A DNA stretch of 64,000 bases from Yuukianura sp. NJ FZ-2021 (GCA_046563655.1 CM102287.1:9362001-9426000); one strand, 5' to 3'; shown: positions 42,001 through 55,182, numbered from the stretch's first letter. Notes: a model not told the origin generated them from the letters alone. Made by a program: numbers and translations.

Positions 42001-45000
42001 TGAAGTGTCCATGTCTAACTGAGTGTTTTGTCTCTTGGTGGACAGGATGACGGGACTTATGAAACGGAGAGTACTTTCTCCTTCACTGCCACCCGCTACG
42101 ACAACGGGATCACGCTCACCTGTCAAGCCTCAAATGTCGTTCTAAAGGACAAGGCAGAGGGGCCAGTTCGTGCCAACACAAAAATACAAGTCAATTGTAA
42201 GCCTCATAAAACTTTCTTTTTCTCTAGTACCAAAAATACTCCTTTTTCTGCCATTCGAGAGAAAGTTTGTACAGTGTGGTTCAAAAGTTTTGGGCCGCTG
42301 GATGAAACAAAGTCAAAATAAGCGGTTTGGATTTGGCCAAACTTATTTAGTTCAGTAGCAAGTCACAGTGAATTTTTTTCACTTGGTATAATATTTGTTT
42401 TGCAAAAATTCTGAACCATAGTGTATATTTTTATGGTAATTTTTCATGATCCTACGCTTTGGGAGTTTGGACTTGGACAATTTTTGAATTTTCTTTTGAA
42501 CCGTAGTGTATAAGAATTAGGACTTCCAAAAAATGTGGAACGCGGTGTACAAAATTTGCCACTTGCAATAACTTTTAGGAACAAAAACGTGTTGGAAAGG
42601 CTACAACTTGCAATGACCGTTTTGGACACTAGTGTACAGAAGTTGAGTTTTTGAAGCATCGATTTTTGAGCCATCGTGTACATTGATTGTGAGTCTGTGA
42701 GAGTTAAACCAAGAGAAAACACTTTTCCATCATAATGATCTCATCATCCCGTCTGTCGCTGTTTGGTCACGTCTCCAAAATTGTTCCCTACCTTCTGCCT
42801 CTCTGTCTGGACACGAGTGGACGTAATTCAATCATCACAGCATCTATGGAAAAGTCCAGCGATTTCTGTGGTTACCATGACGACGCAGCATCTCCAGCAT
42901 CGCAGAGATGCTGGTGCTGCTGCTCCGTCCTTTGACCCAGAAGATGTCTTTCTAATTTATTCTGAAATGTTCTTTCTTCCAAAAAGCAGATGCTTCAATG
43001 CTCCAGCACAAAACTTTTCGTTTTCCATACTTCCTTCTACTTCTGCTACACTGAACTACACTATTCATTCAAAATATTTTCAAAAAACATCCTTTGTTAT
43101 GTACAAAGATCTCCATTGTTGTCATTTTTCACAAAAATTTCAATTTTGATACCAAAAGAGATGTCGACTTTACAAAAATCGGAATTTAGAAAACACTAAA
43201 AAAAATTGAGATTTCTGGAAAATGGAGTCGAAAATTAATTTTTTAACTTTCAGTAAATTTTTTAGTTTCACTTTTAAGCCTACCGCTGAACTTTTTCTGA
43301 AAAATATGTAGCTTCGGAATGCAGTTGCTTAAACTTTTGGTGCATTTTGCTAAACTACGTTTCTTTTCCATTTTTGAAAAGCCGGTACAAAAAGAAAAGG
43401 AGATTTGAGTAGAATTTATAGGCTCCGCTGTTACAACTTTTTCTAATATTTTTTTGAAAAGTGGAGAAAGTGAGAGTAGTTTTGTGGATAGTGGCCTTAG
43501 CCACATGGATTTTTCCATCCATCGAACAGCCATCGAAATCCAAAGTTATTTGGAGCAGAGTGGCTAAGAAGGAAGACTGCTGTCTCCTTGACTTTCTCCT
43601 GGGAACAAGGCAAGAAATGAGAAAGTTCTGGTTCTTGTGGATATCCATTTCCATGCAGAGTAACCTAACTTAAACCCAACGTTGGAGAGGATGGATGGCT
43701 GGAGGGAAATTGAAATTGAAGTAAGTTCAGTTACACTTGAGAAGCTTTTATTTCATTACAACCCACAGTTCCCACTGGGTTTTTTGAAATAGGAGAACAG
43801 CAGACAGACCTTTCGTTTTTTTAAATTTACAAGTCGTTACATAACCCACGGAAAAAAGTTTTACGATCAACTTCTATCAGGTTGGCTTCAGGTTCGGTAA
43901 CGATTTGAATTTTTGCGGTTACTTGGAGACTCTAGCAGTGAAAGTTCGTTTTCTGGACAGAAAAATAATCGTTTTTCGAGGAAACGAAAATCAATTTTGA
44001 AAAACAGATTTTGATTTGGGAAAATCCAATTTCGGCGTGTACTTGACCCAGAAATGGGGAGGCTTGGAGTTTGACTAATCCACAGAATTGGCAGAATTTG
44101 GCCCGCTTTTTGCTTCATCACCTCACTAAAGACTTATCGTATTGTTGGTAGGCTTGCAAGAATTGACGCTAATTATGAAAGTATAGCAGAAGTGGAGGGA
44201 GTAACTATACAAAATGTTAGAAGTGGAGGGAGTAACTATACAAATGTTAGAAGTGGAGGGAGCAACTATACAAAAGTGAACCAGAAGTGGATGGTCAACT
44301 GCCCAAAAATTAACCAGAAGTGCAGAGTAACAAAAGTAAAATAGAAGTGGAGGGAGTAACTATCGTAAACTAAAAAATATAACAATGAAATGTGAAGCTG
44401 TTTCGCACTTAGATTATGAGATTATGTTAGGGGAAGGAGGGGGATATTGCAATATGTTACAATTAGAGTCTTTTGTATTACTAAAAACTTGAAGTGAGTC
44501 ACACAGATGAGGGGAGATTAGCTTCCCCTATCCTCACCTGCTCCCATTGTTACGAAATTGCATTCGAAAAAAAATGAAAGTGAAGCTGTTTAGTATTACA
44601 AAAGATTTAGTAACATGATACACACGATTCAGAAAATTAGACAAGCTAATTAGCAAAAAAAAAAGTGTTTTTTAGTTTTAGATTTTTAGTTTTCGTAGTT
44701 TTTCTTGTGCGTGTTTGGTGACCTTTGGTGTGACCTCAAGATTCTTGACGTGGAAATGGAAAGAAGGTGACTTTTGAATTCAGAAAAAGTTTGTTTGAAT
44801 TTCTGAAAATTTGAAATGGAAAAGTTGGGATGAGTCATGATGGAAATCCGGAGAAAGTTGGAATGGTTCCTGCTCTGCATCATGATTTTGATGGAGTGTA
44901 TGGAGGGACAACTGAAGTCGGAAGATGTCACGGAACTTTCATGTCCACGTCAACCGCTGGAATTGTACTCGGGTTCAGTCGACTACCTTTGGGTGAGTTA

Positions 45001-48000
45001 AAATATTTAAAATACTTAATTATAATTATATAAATTATGAAAGTGATTTATTTTAGTTCCTGACACCTCGGAAGTGGTTTATGCCCATGGCTTCTGAAAG
45101 GCTATATCGCTCCTTGGCAGAAACCTTTCTTGGTCGAGCGGCACGTACAGAAAAAGAGCTTGATCTTCTCAATCCGCGTGTCCAGATTGTGGGAAATGCA
45201 GTTCGAGTGTCTGGATTTGAAAGGAACTTCCAAGCCTTCTGTCTTCCGCTATCTCGGCCCCTCCATACTTTTCCCAAAAATCTTCTGGAAGCGACGTGTC
45301 GAAGATTTTGGGCCTCCGATGGAGTGGACATCACTACCATAGGTTTCCAAAAACGAAAAAAAAATCTTAGTCGAACTATGTTCACAAAATTGTGTGAACT
45401 GAAATGCTAAGTCAAAAAAAATCAGATTTTTCTGAAATGTTTGTAGGTGGCGGAACAGACAGTCTGTTGTGGACAGACAACGAAAATGTTGCGTTAATTG
45501 CACCGTGTTTTGATGGCAAGTATCTTGACTGGGTAGTCAATGCTCAACGGCCAGTGATCTCTGAAAAAGCAAAAGCAGAAGTACTGCGCAGGATCAGTGA
45601 CCTTGGATTTGACCCCAAGCGAGCTGCCTACTATGACTATAAACTCAAAAAAATTGTGAGATAGCAAAAAAAAACACAAGAAGTGTTCTTGTTTGAAAAT
45701 TCTTCTTTTTTATACATTTTTTTATTAAATGTAATTAAAAATGTTAAGTTTGTAATTAAAAATGTTGGAGGTGGTGGGAAGATGCGTTTAATTTGAGGAT
45801 TTAAGGCTTTGAACTCATCATCTTCTTCAGAAATTTGTTTCCTTTGAAATCCTCATTCCGTGTGCCCTGGGAAATTGGGAAGTTTGAAGATGCAATCAGA
45901 ACTTTGGTCGTTGCACGCTTCCAAAAACTTCTTAAGAGTGTAATTCAAATTGAGAATTAGTTTACTCCTCCTTTCCCGCTTTAATAATTTCACAAATTTC
46001 TCTTGCATGATCAAGTGGAGAAAGTGGAGAAGAGGCTTTCTCTATGATTCTCTGCTCTTCAGGGCTTCCGTACTAAACTTAAACTCCTGGTTCGATTCAC
46101 ACTCCACTGCATCCAATTCCAAATAAATTAGGCAGCAGAGGCACACGGGCTTTAATAGGATTTTTTTTTCAAAGAAAAAAAAATTCAGGTTAGTACACAA
46201 CGGGTTTCCTAAAATCTTAAGCCCCGTACACACTCTTCACGCCGATTTAAAACGTTTCATCAATGGCGGCGTTTCTTAAAGAGTCTTAAGCCTGGTTCAC
46301 ACCAGTTTTTATAAAGTGACTTAAAACAGCTCCACACTGTACTTCCTTGCCGAGTTAATTAAATGCGAATCGCTTAGCGTGCGAAAATTTTAAAATTATT
46401 TTGATTTTTTTAGACAAGCCAGTTGTGACAGTATGGCCGCCAACTATAACCGTCAATGAAACGACAGGGATTCAACTAAATTGTGCCGTAGATGCAAACC
46501 CTCCGGAACGAATTTCCGTTCGATGGTAAGAGATTTCTTTTACGTGTTTAGTTCAGTACTAAGTCCTATAATTCTAATAATAGAATTGCTTTCACTTTCA
46601 TTTAAAAATCCCGCCCTCTGCTCCCCCTCGTTACGCTTCCTGCTTGAAGTGTGTATCACTTCGCTGGACCTAATCGAATTGGAACCTCCTTTTCCAAAGA
46701 TTAGATTTGGAAGAGAGTAGAGATCCCATTACCGGAAAGGTTCAATTAAAAGGACGCTTAATAGCTTCCAATTAAATTTCCAAATGGAGGGAAAAGAACC
46801 AAATTCAAAAAAATCAATGAAACTTTCCAATTTTATTTCAAATCTGCGGGTAGAACTGACGCAAATCTGCGCCGCCGTCAAAACATAAGAGTGTAAACAA
46901 GCCTTTACTTAAAACAAACACATGTAGAAACATTTTTTTTTAGTTTTGCCACTATTCTAGACTAGCATATGGATACAAAAATGTGCGAGCTTGTGGTTAA
47001 AAATCGTTTTTTGTCACGAGTCCAAAAGAACAAGATTCTCAACGTGCGTAAATCTGTCACCTAAAGTTTTTTTTTCACAATTCCCGGGTACTTCCTACAA
47101 TTCCCGGGTATTTCTATCGAATTGCAAAGTACAGAAATGCAGGCGTGGAAGTCTCTGACTCAGCAAGTCTCGACTGCTGCTCAAATGGAAATCCTGATTC
47201 TGACAATAATGAAATTATAAAACAGGAGAAAGTAGCTTTTCCCTCCGTTTTCAGTTCCTCCCGCCTTTCAATTTAGCAATTTTGAATGAGATTAGAGCGG
47301 AAGTGAGGAAAGGAAGGGCTGGGTTGATAGCCGCTGGCCTTTCAAGTTATGTTAAACTTAGGTTATGTCTAAGTTAGGATTTCAACATGCGCAGTGTTGA
47401 CTTTTCAATCAGGTGAAAGTGGAAGTGAAAGCAGTTGGTCTTTGACTCGTGTCTCTGTCCCCTGGTGATGAGCCTTGATTGAGGATTTGGCTTTTGATAA
47501 ATTAGGATTAATAATCATGTCAAAGGAGCAGAAAGTGGAGGGAGTAACTATAGCAGAAGACGAAAGTTAGGTCGGAATTAGATGAGGAGAAAGTAAATAG
47601 GAAGCAGTAGAGGAGAGAGTATTTTTCGTGCAGCACGCGCCGGTAGAAATTTTGAATTTGAAAAATGATTCCTTTTAAATTTTCCTTTGAAGGTTTTTGA
47701 AAAGACAGGAAATCTAATCCATTTTTTAGAATGACACCTTTTTAGTATTACTATGGTAGTGAGTGACCAACTACTTTGAACTTTCCCCCTCTTTTTGAAC
47801 AATTTTTTGAACTTCAAAGGAAAACACAATTTGGACTCAAGTTAGTTGACAGGATCCTGCTAGTGCTAACATACGTTTGGCCCCCTTTACTTTCAAAATT
47901 TTATGACTTCCATGAAAATTCTGGGAATTTTTGGCGATTTTGAATTTTCTTTAAAAAAAACAGTCGAATTCAAGGAAATTACAAAAATTTATGGCCAAAA

Positions 48001-51000
48001 CATGCAGGATTTGACTTCGGTGTTGTTGGACGCCGCCATGTTATCTCCGTGACTTTTTCTACGTGTAAAATACTTAACTGCAGTTGTCGTTATGACCGAG
48101 TTGGATTTAGTTGGAAATCCATGTTGACCTTTGACCTTTGTTTGTAGGTATCAAAATGGGCAACTGCTTGACCTGAGTGACATATCACACTACGAGGGAG
48201 GATCTACACTTGAACCTTCTCTTTACATTAAGAATTCACGACGAGAGGACATTGGCAACTACTCGTGTCATGTACAGAACAGCGTCGGAGAAACTTTCTC
48301 TGATGTCAAAGTTGTCGTCAATGTTCTTTGTAAGTACACTGCGTGTTGCTTTTTACATCTTGACACTTCCGCAGCTAGACTGGTTGAATAATCCTCAGAA
48401 TTTGCAAAAACTTACGGAATTTAAGAAGAATTCGCAGAATTGAGCTAAAAGTTACTAGAATCAAAGAACTTAGGGAAAGTGCAGACAAAATTTGGAGAAA
48501 GTGAGGGAGACTAATTGTGAGAATTTGCTGAAATTGCAGACAAGGCCAAAGTAGTAATTTCCATGGATCCGCCCACTGCCGTTCGGGAGCAGGACGAACT
48601 GAACGTAACTTTGAGTTGTGATATTGAGGCGGCGAATCCCATGACGCTGGACGCCGTGCGTTGGTACTTGGACGGAGACTTGCTGAAGGAGTTGCCCGAC
48701 TGTCTCAACCTGACGGGAGAAGCTGTTCGGTTCGTCAGTGAACTCTGTGACATTGATCCTTCCAAACTAATGCTCGAAGCTGTCGCTCGAAGTTTCCAGG
48801 GAAATTATCAATGTCGTGCAAAGAATGAGGCTGGATGGGGAGACTTGTCCCCGAAGGCACTTCTCCAAGTCCATTGTAAGTTTAAGGCGGCAAGAGTTCG
48901 TTTTTTCAAAAGTTTAAAAAAACTTACACCGAAGTTGGTTGTGTATTGACTGGGTTGTTGTTCATTTGGCAGATCCACCGGGACCAGCCAGAATTGTCAT
49001 TGAGCCGAAGGTGGCTGTCAAAGGCCAAGGACTCAACCTTAGATGTCTCGTGGAAGAACCGGGAAGACCAAAGGCAAAAGCGTTTCGCTGGTGGCGTGGA
49101 GCGCATGTTCAAATGGACCAATCAACGTCCAACTGGACGATTTCCCCGGTATCGCTCGAAAGTCGATCCAACTTTAGCTGTGAAGCAATCAACGAGGCTG
49201 GCCAAGGCCCTTCGTCAAGTGTTCTCGTCAACGTCTTTGGTAAAAATTTAGCTTAAACTGGTTTTAGATTCTTCAAAATTTTGAATAAGGACAAAAACTT
49301 TTCTTTTTTTAAAAACTTAAAATTGGTCCTCGTTTGGACGAGAAAGTATTTTTCGACAAGGATGAAATTTGCAATTTTGGAGAACTTAATCCTCGGATTT
49401 TCTGGAGGATAAACAGACCAATAAATTTCTACTCTTGTCTTGGCACACTTTTCAGTTTGGGCTGAAGCTGGAAGATTAAAAGCTCAGAATTAGTGAATAA
49501 ATTTACATTGTTTTTGTTGAAAAAAGAAAACATAGGCTAACATACCCTAACATTTTCTCAAAATTTTAAACTTTGTTCAAATTTTTGAAATGCTTTCTCC
49601 GAGACAGCAGCGCGAATAGTTTTTGGAAAGTTTGAGTTTTGGGTGGTTAAGGTCGGGATTTTGAAAGAATTTCGAAAATGGTCATTTTCAGTTATTGTTT
49701 TTTGTGTTTGCAGTGCCGCCTACATTTATTGTTCCTCTGATGCCGTATCATGGTGTTCCTTGGAATGCCACCAAAGTGAAGCTGACTTGCCAAGTGGAAT
49801 GTTTCCCACTCTGTGAAATCTACTGGCTCAAGAATGGTCTTCCCATAAATTTCGAAGAGCCGTACTTTACCATCCGAAACACAAAACTTGGCCCGGATCC
49901 TGCCAAAAACGACTTCGAATCTGTCGTATCCACTTTGGCTTGGAACTTGACAGCTTGGCCCAACGGAAGACTCAACCGAGCCGTCGATAATGACAATTAC
50001 ACTTGTCAGAGTTCAGCCAATCCCTATGGGTCCGGTGTTTATAGCACCACACATTTCAGAGTAGAATGTACGTCTCCCATTAACTTTTTTGATTAATTTT
50101 CACAAAACTCGTTTTTTGAATTTTTTTTTTGAAAAACCTGTAAGAACAAAAGCAGTTTGCTAAGCTCCTGGAGAAAGTGCAGCTGACTCTTCCTTTTCAT
50201 CTGTCACTTTCTCCCCTCTCTCGTTTCAATTAATTTTTTTCCCTTCTGTTTTCTTAAATTATACTTGCAGATCCACCGGAGAAAATTCAAGTTTTTCCGC
50301 GTGTCGTCAACGTCAAAGAAGATGACTATGCGGATGTCGTTACCTGTTCAGCCAATGCTCTTCCAGAAGCCACTTTCAAGTGGAGAAGAGCCAAGGAAAT
50401 TTTGTCAGAGAAGAACGTTCTGTTCCTTAATTACACGCTCAAGAGAGATCAAGGTGGAGACTACGAGTGTATTGCCACCAACGTTCATGGCCAAGTTGCC
50501 ACACGCGTCTCCATCAACGTACTGTGTAAGTCAACTATTGATCTGTCCAGAGAAAAGTCAATTTTGAACAAAAATGACAAAATTTTGAAATATTTTTGTA
50601 ACTTTTCTTGAAGATGCTCCTGAGTGTAAGATCACTTTTGAAGAAGTGGATGACGACAGGATTTTAGTGTGTTCAGCAAAAGCTAATCCGGGATTGGTGG
50701 ATTTCCAATGGGCTTTACTTACAAATGGCACTTTCGCGCCATTTTCAGACAAGATTGTGAAAAGAGGCTTAAGAAGTGAAATTAGGCTGAACAGTCCAAT
50801 TCCTGCTGTTTTCGGAACGTATCGCTGTTTTACTAATAACTCTGTCGGAGCAGAGTCATGTGACTTTACGCTTTCAGGTAAACAAGAAGATTCCCTGTGG
50901 AGAAAGTTCGGAAATTATGTTTTCTTTCTATTTTTTTGAAAATCTTTAAATTGTATTTGAAAGTAGAAAATAAACGACAAATTGGCTTTTTTCAGGAATT

Positions 51001-54000
51001 CGAAATGCTTCTTTTCTTTTCAGTTTCTTTCTTCTCGGTTCTTCTTTTTGTCAAAATCTCGTCATTTGTTCAAATATTGTGTAAATTGGATCGTTTCTTT
51101 TAATGTTGCAGGAAGTTGGATCCGTAAGATTTCGAATAATACGCTTCTCGTGTTTGCTGGTGTTGGATCTGCCGTGGTTCTCGTCTCCCTCGCCCTCTGC
51201 ACTCTCATTATTCTGTTCTGTCGGAAACGACGGCGGAGTGAGAAACGTAAGTAATTTCCCCATTAGTCTCGGCCGTTGCTATCTTTATTCGCTTTCTCCC
51301 TGCTTGCTTCCTTATCAAAACCCCTTTCCAGTTACTCCCGCTGCCTCTCCTGTTCAAGTACACCTAAAGATTCTAGAGGAAGTAACTATTCTTTGCCTCT
51401 TCTGACAACTGGAGAAAGCAGGTTCTAGCAGACCTAGAATCAATAGAGAGTCTTAGCCAGACGACTCCTAATAATGCTTTCTCCTTCACCTGGAAGATGA
51501 TGATAAGACTTTCACTTCAAATATCCCTCCAAAACGAAAAATCGCTTCGCGCTCTACAGAAACAGAAAAAGAAGAGTTCTAAAGCAAGACATATTTCTTG
51601 GCAGTAGAGGAGCGGAAAGCGATGAACTTTTTTCTCTCAATTTTTTTTTTTGAAATAAGTGGGAAGAAAAAAAGCTTAAAAGGAAAGTCGTAGCCACTTT
51701 CACCTGCCTCATTCAATTTTTTTTCAGGTTCACTTCAGGCGTCGCCACAAATCCATGCTTTTTATTCGAAACACAAAGTGACAGGCGCTCAAAAAGCAAA
51801 AAGTCAAAGCAAATTAGGTTTGTTAGTGTTTCTGTCATGGGGGGTTTACAGTGGCATTAAGTTAGTAGCTTAGTATGCCTTTAAAAAACAGTATTTTGGA
51901 AAATTTTAGTTTCCCATGAATGAGGAAGTTACATATATAAGTATGCTGTACCATAGTTCATACTTTACGTCGTGTTTGGTTTTGTTTTCAATGAAAACGT
52001 TTAATGAGGTTGACTTTGCGAGCAAAATTTTGTTTAGTTTTTGTTCCTTTTTGATAGAACAGTTGGTTGGGGTGTTTGATGTTTTTCGGTTTTAGAGGTT
52101 AGGTTTTCGATGTTGGAATGTTTGATTTGATGGTTTGTGTTTTGTGGGTAGAAGGGAAATTGAGATCAATTGAGTTCCTAATGTTTCTACTACAGTCTCC
52201 AGTTCCAGCAAAATCTCCAGGAATAACTCTTGGAATTGCTGGAGAAGGTGAAAGGCCTCAGCAGTTCTCCTTTGTGGTCCAAAACTAATGGGAAAAGGGC
52301 CCTCAGCCATTAGGCAGGAAAGTAGACTAATGCCCTTTCCTCCAATCTACAGATTTAGATGGAAACGTTAGGTTAGGTAGGAAACTAACATTTTTCTTAT
52401 AAGATGAAACAATTTTCTTCAAAACTTACCGTCAAACATTCTTCATCGCAGAAAGAGAAACACGAACCCTTTGCTTCTTCCATTTCCGCTTGACCGCCAT
52501 CCTAATTTATTGTTTGTCAATATTTTCCCCGTGTGTTGCTACCTCGGAAGTGTTTTGCACGAGATTTCTCCTCATGATGTCAGAAAATATTTTACCTTTT
52601 CCGAAAATTTATTTCCGGGAAATTTATTTTTATCGACTCGCATTCTTCTTGTTTTTGTAAACGCGGAATGTTGACTTTCTCTACTTTTTTGCCACTTTGA
52701 AAATGGCCATTACCTTCTCTGGAATGGAATGGTTTTTATCTTCATTCGTTGTCACATTTTAGCACTTCAATTGACACTATTTATTATACTAATTTATTAT
52801 AATAACTTACTCAAAAATATAAATTTCAATTTGAGTTGTTCTTAGTTTGTTTTCGGTTGGAATGGATTTTGAAACTGTTATTTACTCAATTGGAATTATG
52901 ATTCTAAAAGCTTTCAACATAACTGGAGCTTTTTCTGTAGTTTTCAGGTTATGTTATTAACCTAACCGATGGGTTAAATCGTAATTTTTCGAACTTTTAA
53001 AACTTTAATCACCGTGCTGGTTGCCTTTCTGCTGCTTTTTAGAAAATTGGCATTTCAAAATTTTGCTTACGATTTTCAGAAACGTGAGAATCGATTTTTT
53101 TTTGTATTTCAATTTTACATAGAACACAGCACCCGAGTGGAGGAGAGACAAAAGTAAGTTCAATATTTTTCAATATTTTTATCCAAATCTTGGTTTAAGG
53201 CTTACGAAGTTACTTTAATGTCGTGACGTAATAGGTAAAATTTTGAAGAAAAGAAAATTTCAACACGGTCGATTTTTTTAATAATAGCATAGTTTGAGAG
53301 GAGGGATTCGTTTTTGTTGATGTAAAAGGAATTCACGTTTTGTTTGTTTTTTGATTTGTTTGTTTTCACAGTCAAAGTGGTTTTGATTACGAACGGTTCA
53401 TTATAAATTTGTACGGTCCAGGCGTTGTGTAAGTTCAAAACAATCATAATCGTTTTTCTTTTTCAAAAAAGTTGTTGTTTTGATTTTTGTTTTAAATATT
53501 TGTGTACGTACTACACTCACTTTTCTGCAATTTTTAAATTTTTGCATTCAAATTTTTAGAAGTCTTTTTAGTGTTGTAGGCTTTACTACTCCCCTCGTTT
53601 TCCTCACACGCCCCCCGCCCTTTCGAAATTTTTGACGTCGTCGGTATTTTTTCACGCCCGTTTTTTCACGTTGTCGTCTGGTCCAAATACCGTAAATCTC
53701 CAATTAAATAACTCGCACGTTATACGTTTCGGTCCAAGGTTGCTGTTAAGAAAACAGTTTAACAGTTGCAACCTGTTAAGAAAAAATAAACAAAATTAGA
53801 TTTAAACAACCCTGTTTCGGTCAGTTCGTCCTGCGTCAATTGTATGAAATACGCTAAGTTTTTTTTTTGGGGTTTGCGGTATTTCAATCGTTTTTCGTTT
53901 TCGTTTGTTTTACTTACACGGAAAACATTATAAGAGCATCCAACAAAGAAACGGATTTTGGAAAGTAGGAAATTGAAATTTGGAGGAATTTCAAAATTTC

Positions 54001-55182
54001 AAAATTTTGAAACATGTGACATATGTATTGGTTGTGTTTATCCTTTAGTCATGAAGGCAGAGCTTACATTAGCACCTATAACGCTTCTCCATCACTTTCT
54101 TCTACGAATTTTACATCCACACCCTACACGGACTGTTCAGGTAATTTTCAAAAACAATTTTTAAAAAACAAAACAAACAGCAGCAGCAGCAGCAACTGTT
54201 TCAGTTTTTCTTGTATAGAAGGGGAAAGGAAATGTTGAACTTCCCATTTAAAACTCTGCGTGTCTCTTGTCCATTTGTCTTCTTGTTCTAAAACTTTTTT
54301 AAAACTTTTTTGAATTTTCAAAAAAGAGGAGCCTGTCGTTGTCATCATACTTTACATGGATTCTGGAATGAAACAAAGATCCATTTGCATGAGCTCTTTT
54401 TTAAATATATTTTGCCGCTCGTTTGCCGTTGCTGCACTCAGACACACTCTAGCTTTGTCAGAATGTGCTTTTTCTCACTTTCACTTAAAACTTTCACTTG
54501 CTTTTGGAGAAATTTTGGAACCATTTTGGAAAAAGTAGTTTTTAATTGAGATTAATTTGGAAAAGTTTGGATGGTTGTGTTTCTAGAGCGCAGTCCGGCT
54601 CATCTTCGCAAAGGTGACTTTAGTAATGAAAACGGCAAAATTCCTGTAGATGACCTTCAGTTTCAGGGCCTTCAGTCCCCCTCTGGAAAGGTAAAGGTCA
54701 CGCAAGGTCATTGAACCGAAATTTTTTGAAAGTTTACACTAAAATGTCTAATTTACTTAAATTTGTAGCCATTTTCTCTCCAAGTCCATCAAACTAATCA
54801 TAATCATCATCCGTTGACCTCTGGTGGGCCACGTGACCCCGGCCGCATAAATGGTGGCAACGTTTATCAATTTCCCGGCCCACCTTATGCCACCCACCAC
54901 CGTGGTTTTCCCGCCCAAACTACAGATTTAGTCTTTTCGTCACTGCAGAGGTCCGGTGGTGGCTATGCCAACGAAGCCATGGACCCACCGTGGCCCCACC
55001 AACGCGGAGGAGGCCGTGGAGCTAGCCGATATGGACAGTCTGATTACCAGCCAAATGGAATGATGACCCTGGGTGGGTCAAGAACTCTCAAAGGTCAAAA
55101 CGGAGATGTGAGGTCAAGTAGAGGTCAAAACGGTGGAGGTCATGCTCATCCAATGCACAGATCAAAAGAAATCAACATTTGA
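12037..55182 (+). CDS. Large immunoglobulin-superfamily type-I membrane protein (about 9 Ig domains, one TM, cytoplasmic tail); sidestep/nephrin/echinoid-like adhesion receptor
   Basis: Phase-consistent exons: 12037-12127 (signal peptide MLFRFLFFLFIYVQIVFVKA), 25316-25499, 34421-34575, 36562-36729, 36969-36997, 37184-37343, 38351-38517, 42046-42196, 46414-46525, 48148-48329, 48540-48875, 48973-49239, 49714-50067, 50271-50525, 50614-50877, 51112-51246 (TM LLVFAGVGSAVVLVSLALCTLIILFC-RKRRR), 53123-53153, 54049-54140, 54587-54690, 54769-55182. Repeated Ig C...W...D.G.Y.C patterns. Cytoplasmic exons are less certain and exact orthology is not recognised. Confidence 0.88.
14212..14388 (+). repeat. 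Degenerate triplication, period 74-80 bp, with a conserved core of about 24 bp
   Basis: gtgtagc(a/g)gtt(t/c)ca(g/c)atttta at 14212, 14292 and 14366; both intervening segments contain atttcaatt. Confidence 0.75.
18035..18078. repeat. 21-bp duplication containing the palindrome gtaaccatggttac
   Basis: gttatggtaaccatggtta occurs twice in tandem. Confidence 0.75.
18556..18616 (+). repeat. 21-22-bp tandem repeat, 3 copies
   Basis: gttatagaca..gacta at 18556, 18577 and 18599. Confidence 0.8.
22047..22139 (+). repeat. Tandem duplication of about 51 bp
   Basis: gtgggaaatagat(t/a)aaatttaatgaggaatagaca(a/g)tattca occurs twice. Confidence 0.85.
23876..24010 (+). repeat. Degenerate tandem repeat of about 40 bp, 3-4 copies
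   Basis: tgaaaagaaaggtta.aca.tttatgaaatt units recur. Confidence 0.75.
33815..33890 (+). repeat. 28-bp tandem repeat, about 3 copies
   Basis: tccgtccata(t/c)ttgctcgtccatt(a/g)cat units. Confidence 0.85.
44188..44364 (+). repeat. Minisatellite of about 30 bp (6 copies), core agaagtggagggagtaactat
   Basis: Copies at 44188, 44219, 44249, 44283, 44316 and 44343; a solo copy lies near 47533. Confidence 0.88.
44837..45664 (+). CDS. Secreted lipocalin-like (ApoD-type) protein nested in an intron of the Ig gene, same strand
   Basis: Exons 44837-44992, 45057-45342, 45447-45664 (phases 0 and 1): signal peptide MMEIRRKLEWFLLCIMILMECMEG, then CP....VDYLWFLTPRKWF (SCR1-like), LLWTDNENVALIAPC (SCR2 TDY-like), VVNAQRPVI (SCR3-like) and a C-terminal helix ending LGFD. 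The CDS call is firmer than the family call. Confidence 0.75.

Noticed and set aside
44188..44364. CRISPR-like appearance of the repeated agaagtggagggagtaactat units
   Set aside because: Spacers are only about 7-12 nt and resemble each other, repeats decay, no cas genes, eukaryotic intron context; it is a minisatellite.
12128..44800. Dozens of 60-130 aa ORFs rich in Phe, Lys and Leu within the large introns
   Set aside because: They reflect poly-A/poly-T composition, often begin at non-ATG codons, and show no domains or consistent splice structure.
44830..45033. ORF-track protein MSHDGNPEKVG...
   Set aside because: Wrong frame; the frame from ATG 44837 gives a signal peptide and splices in phase to the next exon.
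52368..52381. TTAGG runs here and near 20039 and 62953 as interstitial telomeric arrays
   Set aside because: Only 2-3 units each; too short to call telomeric or mobile-element features.
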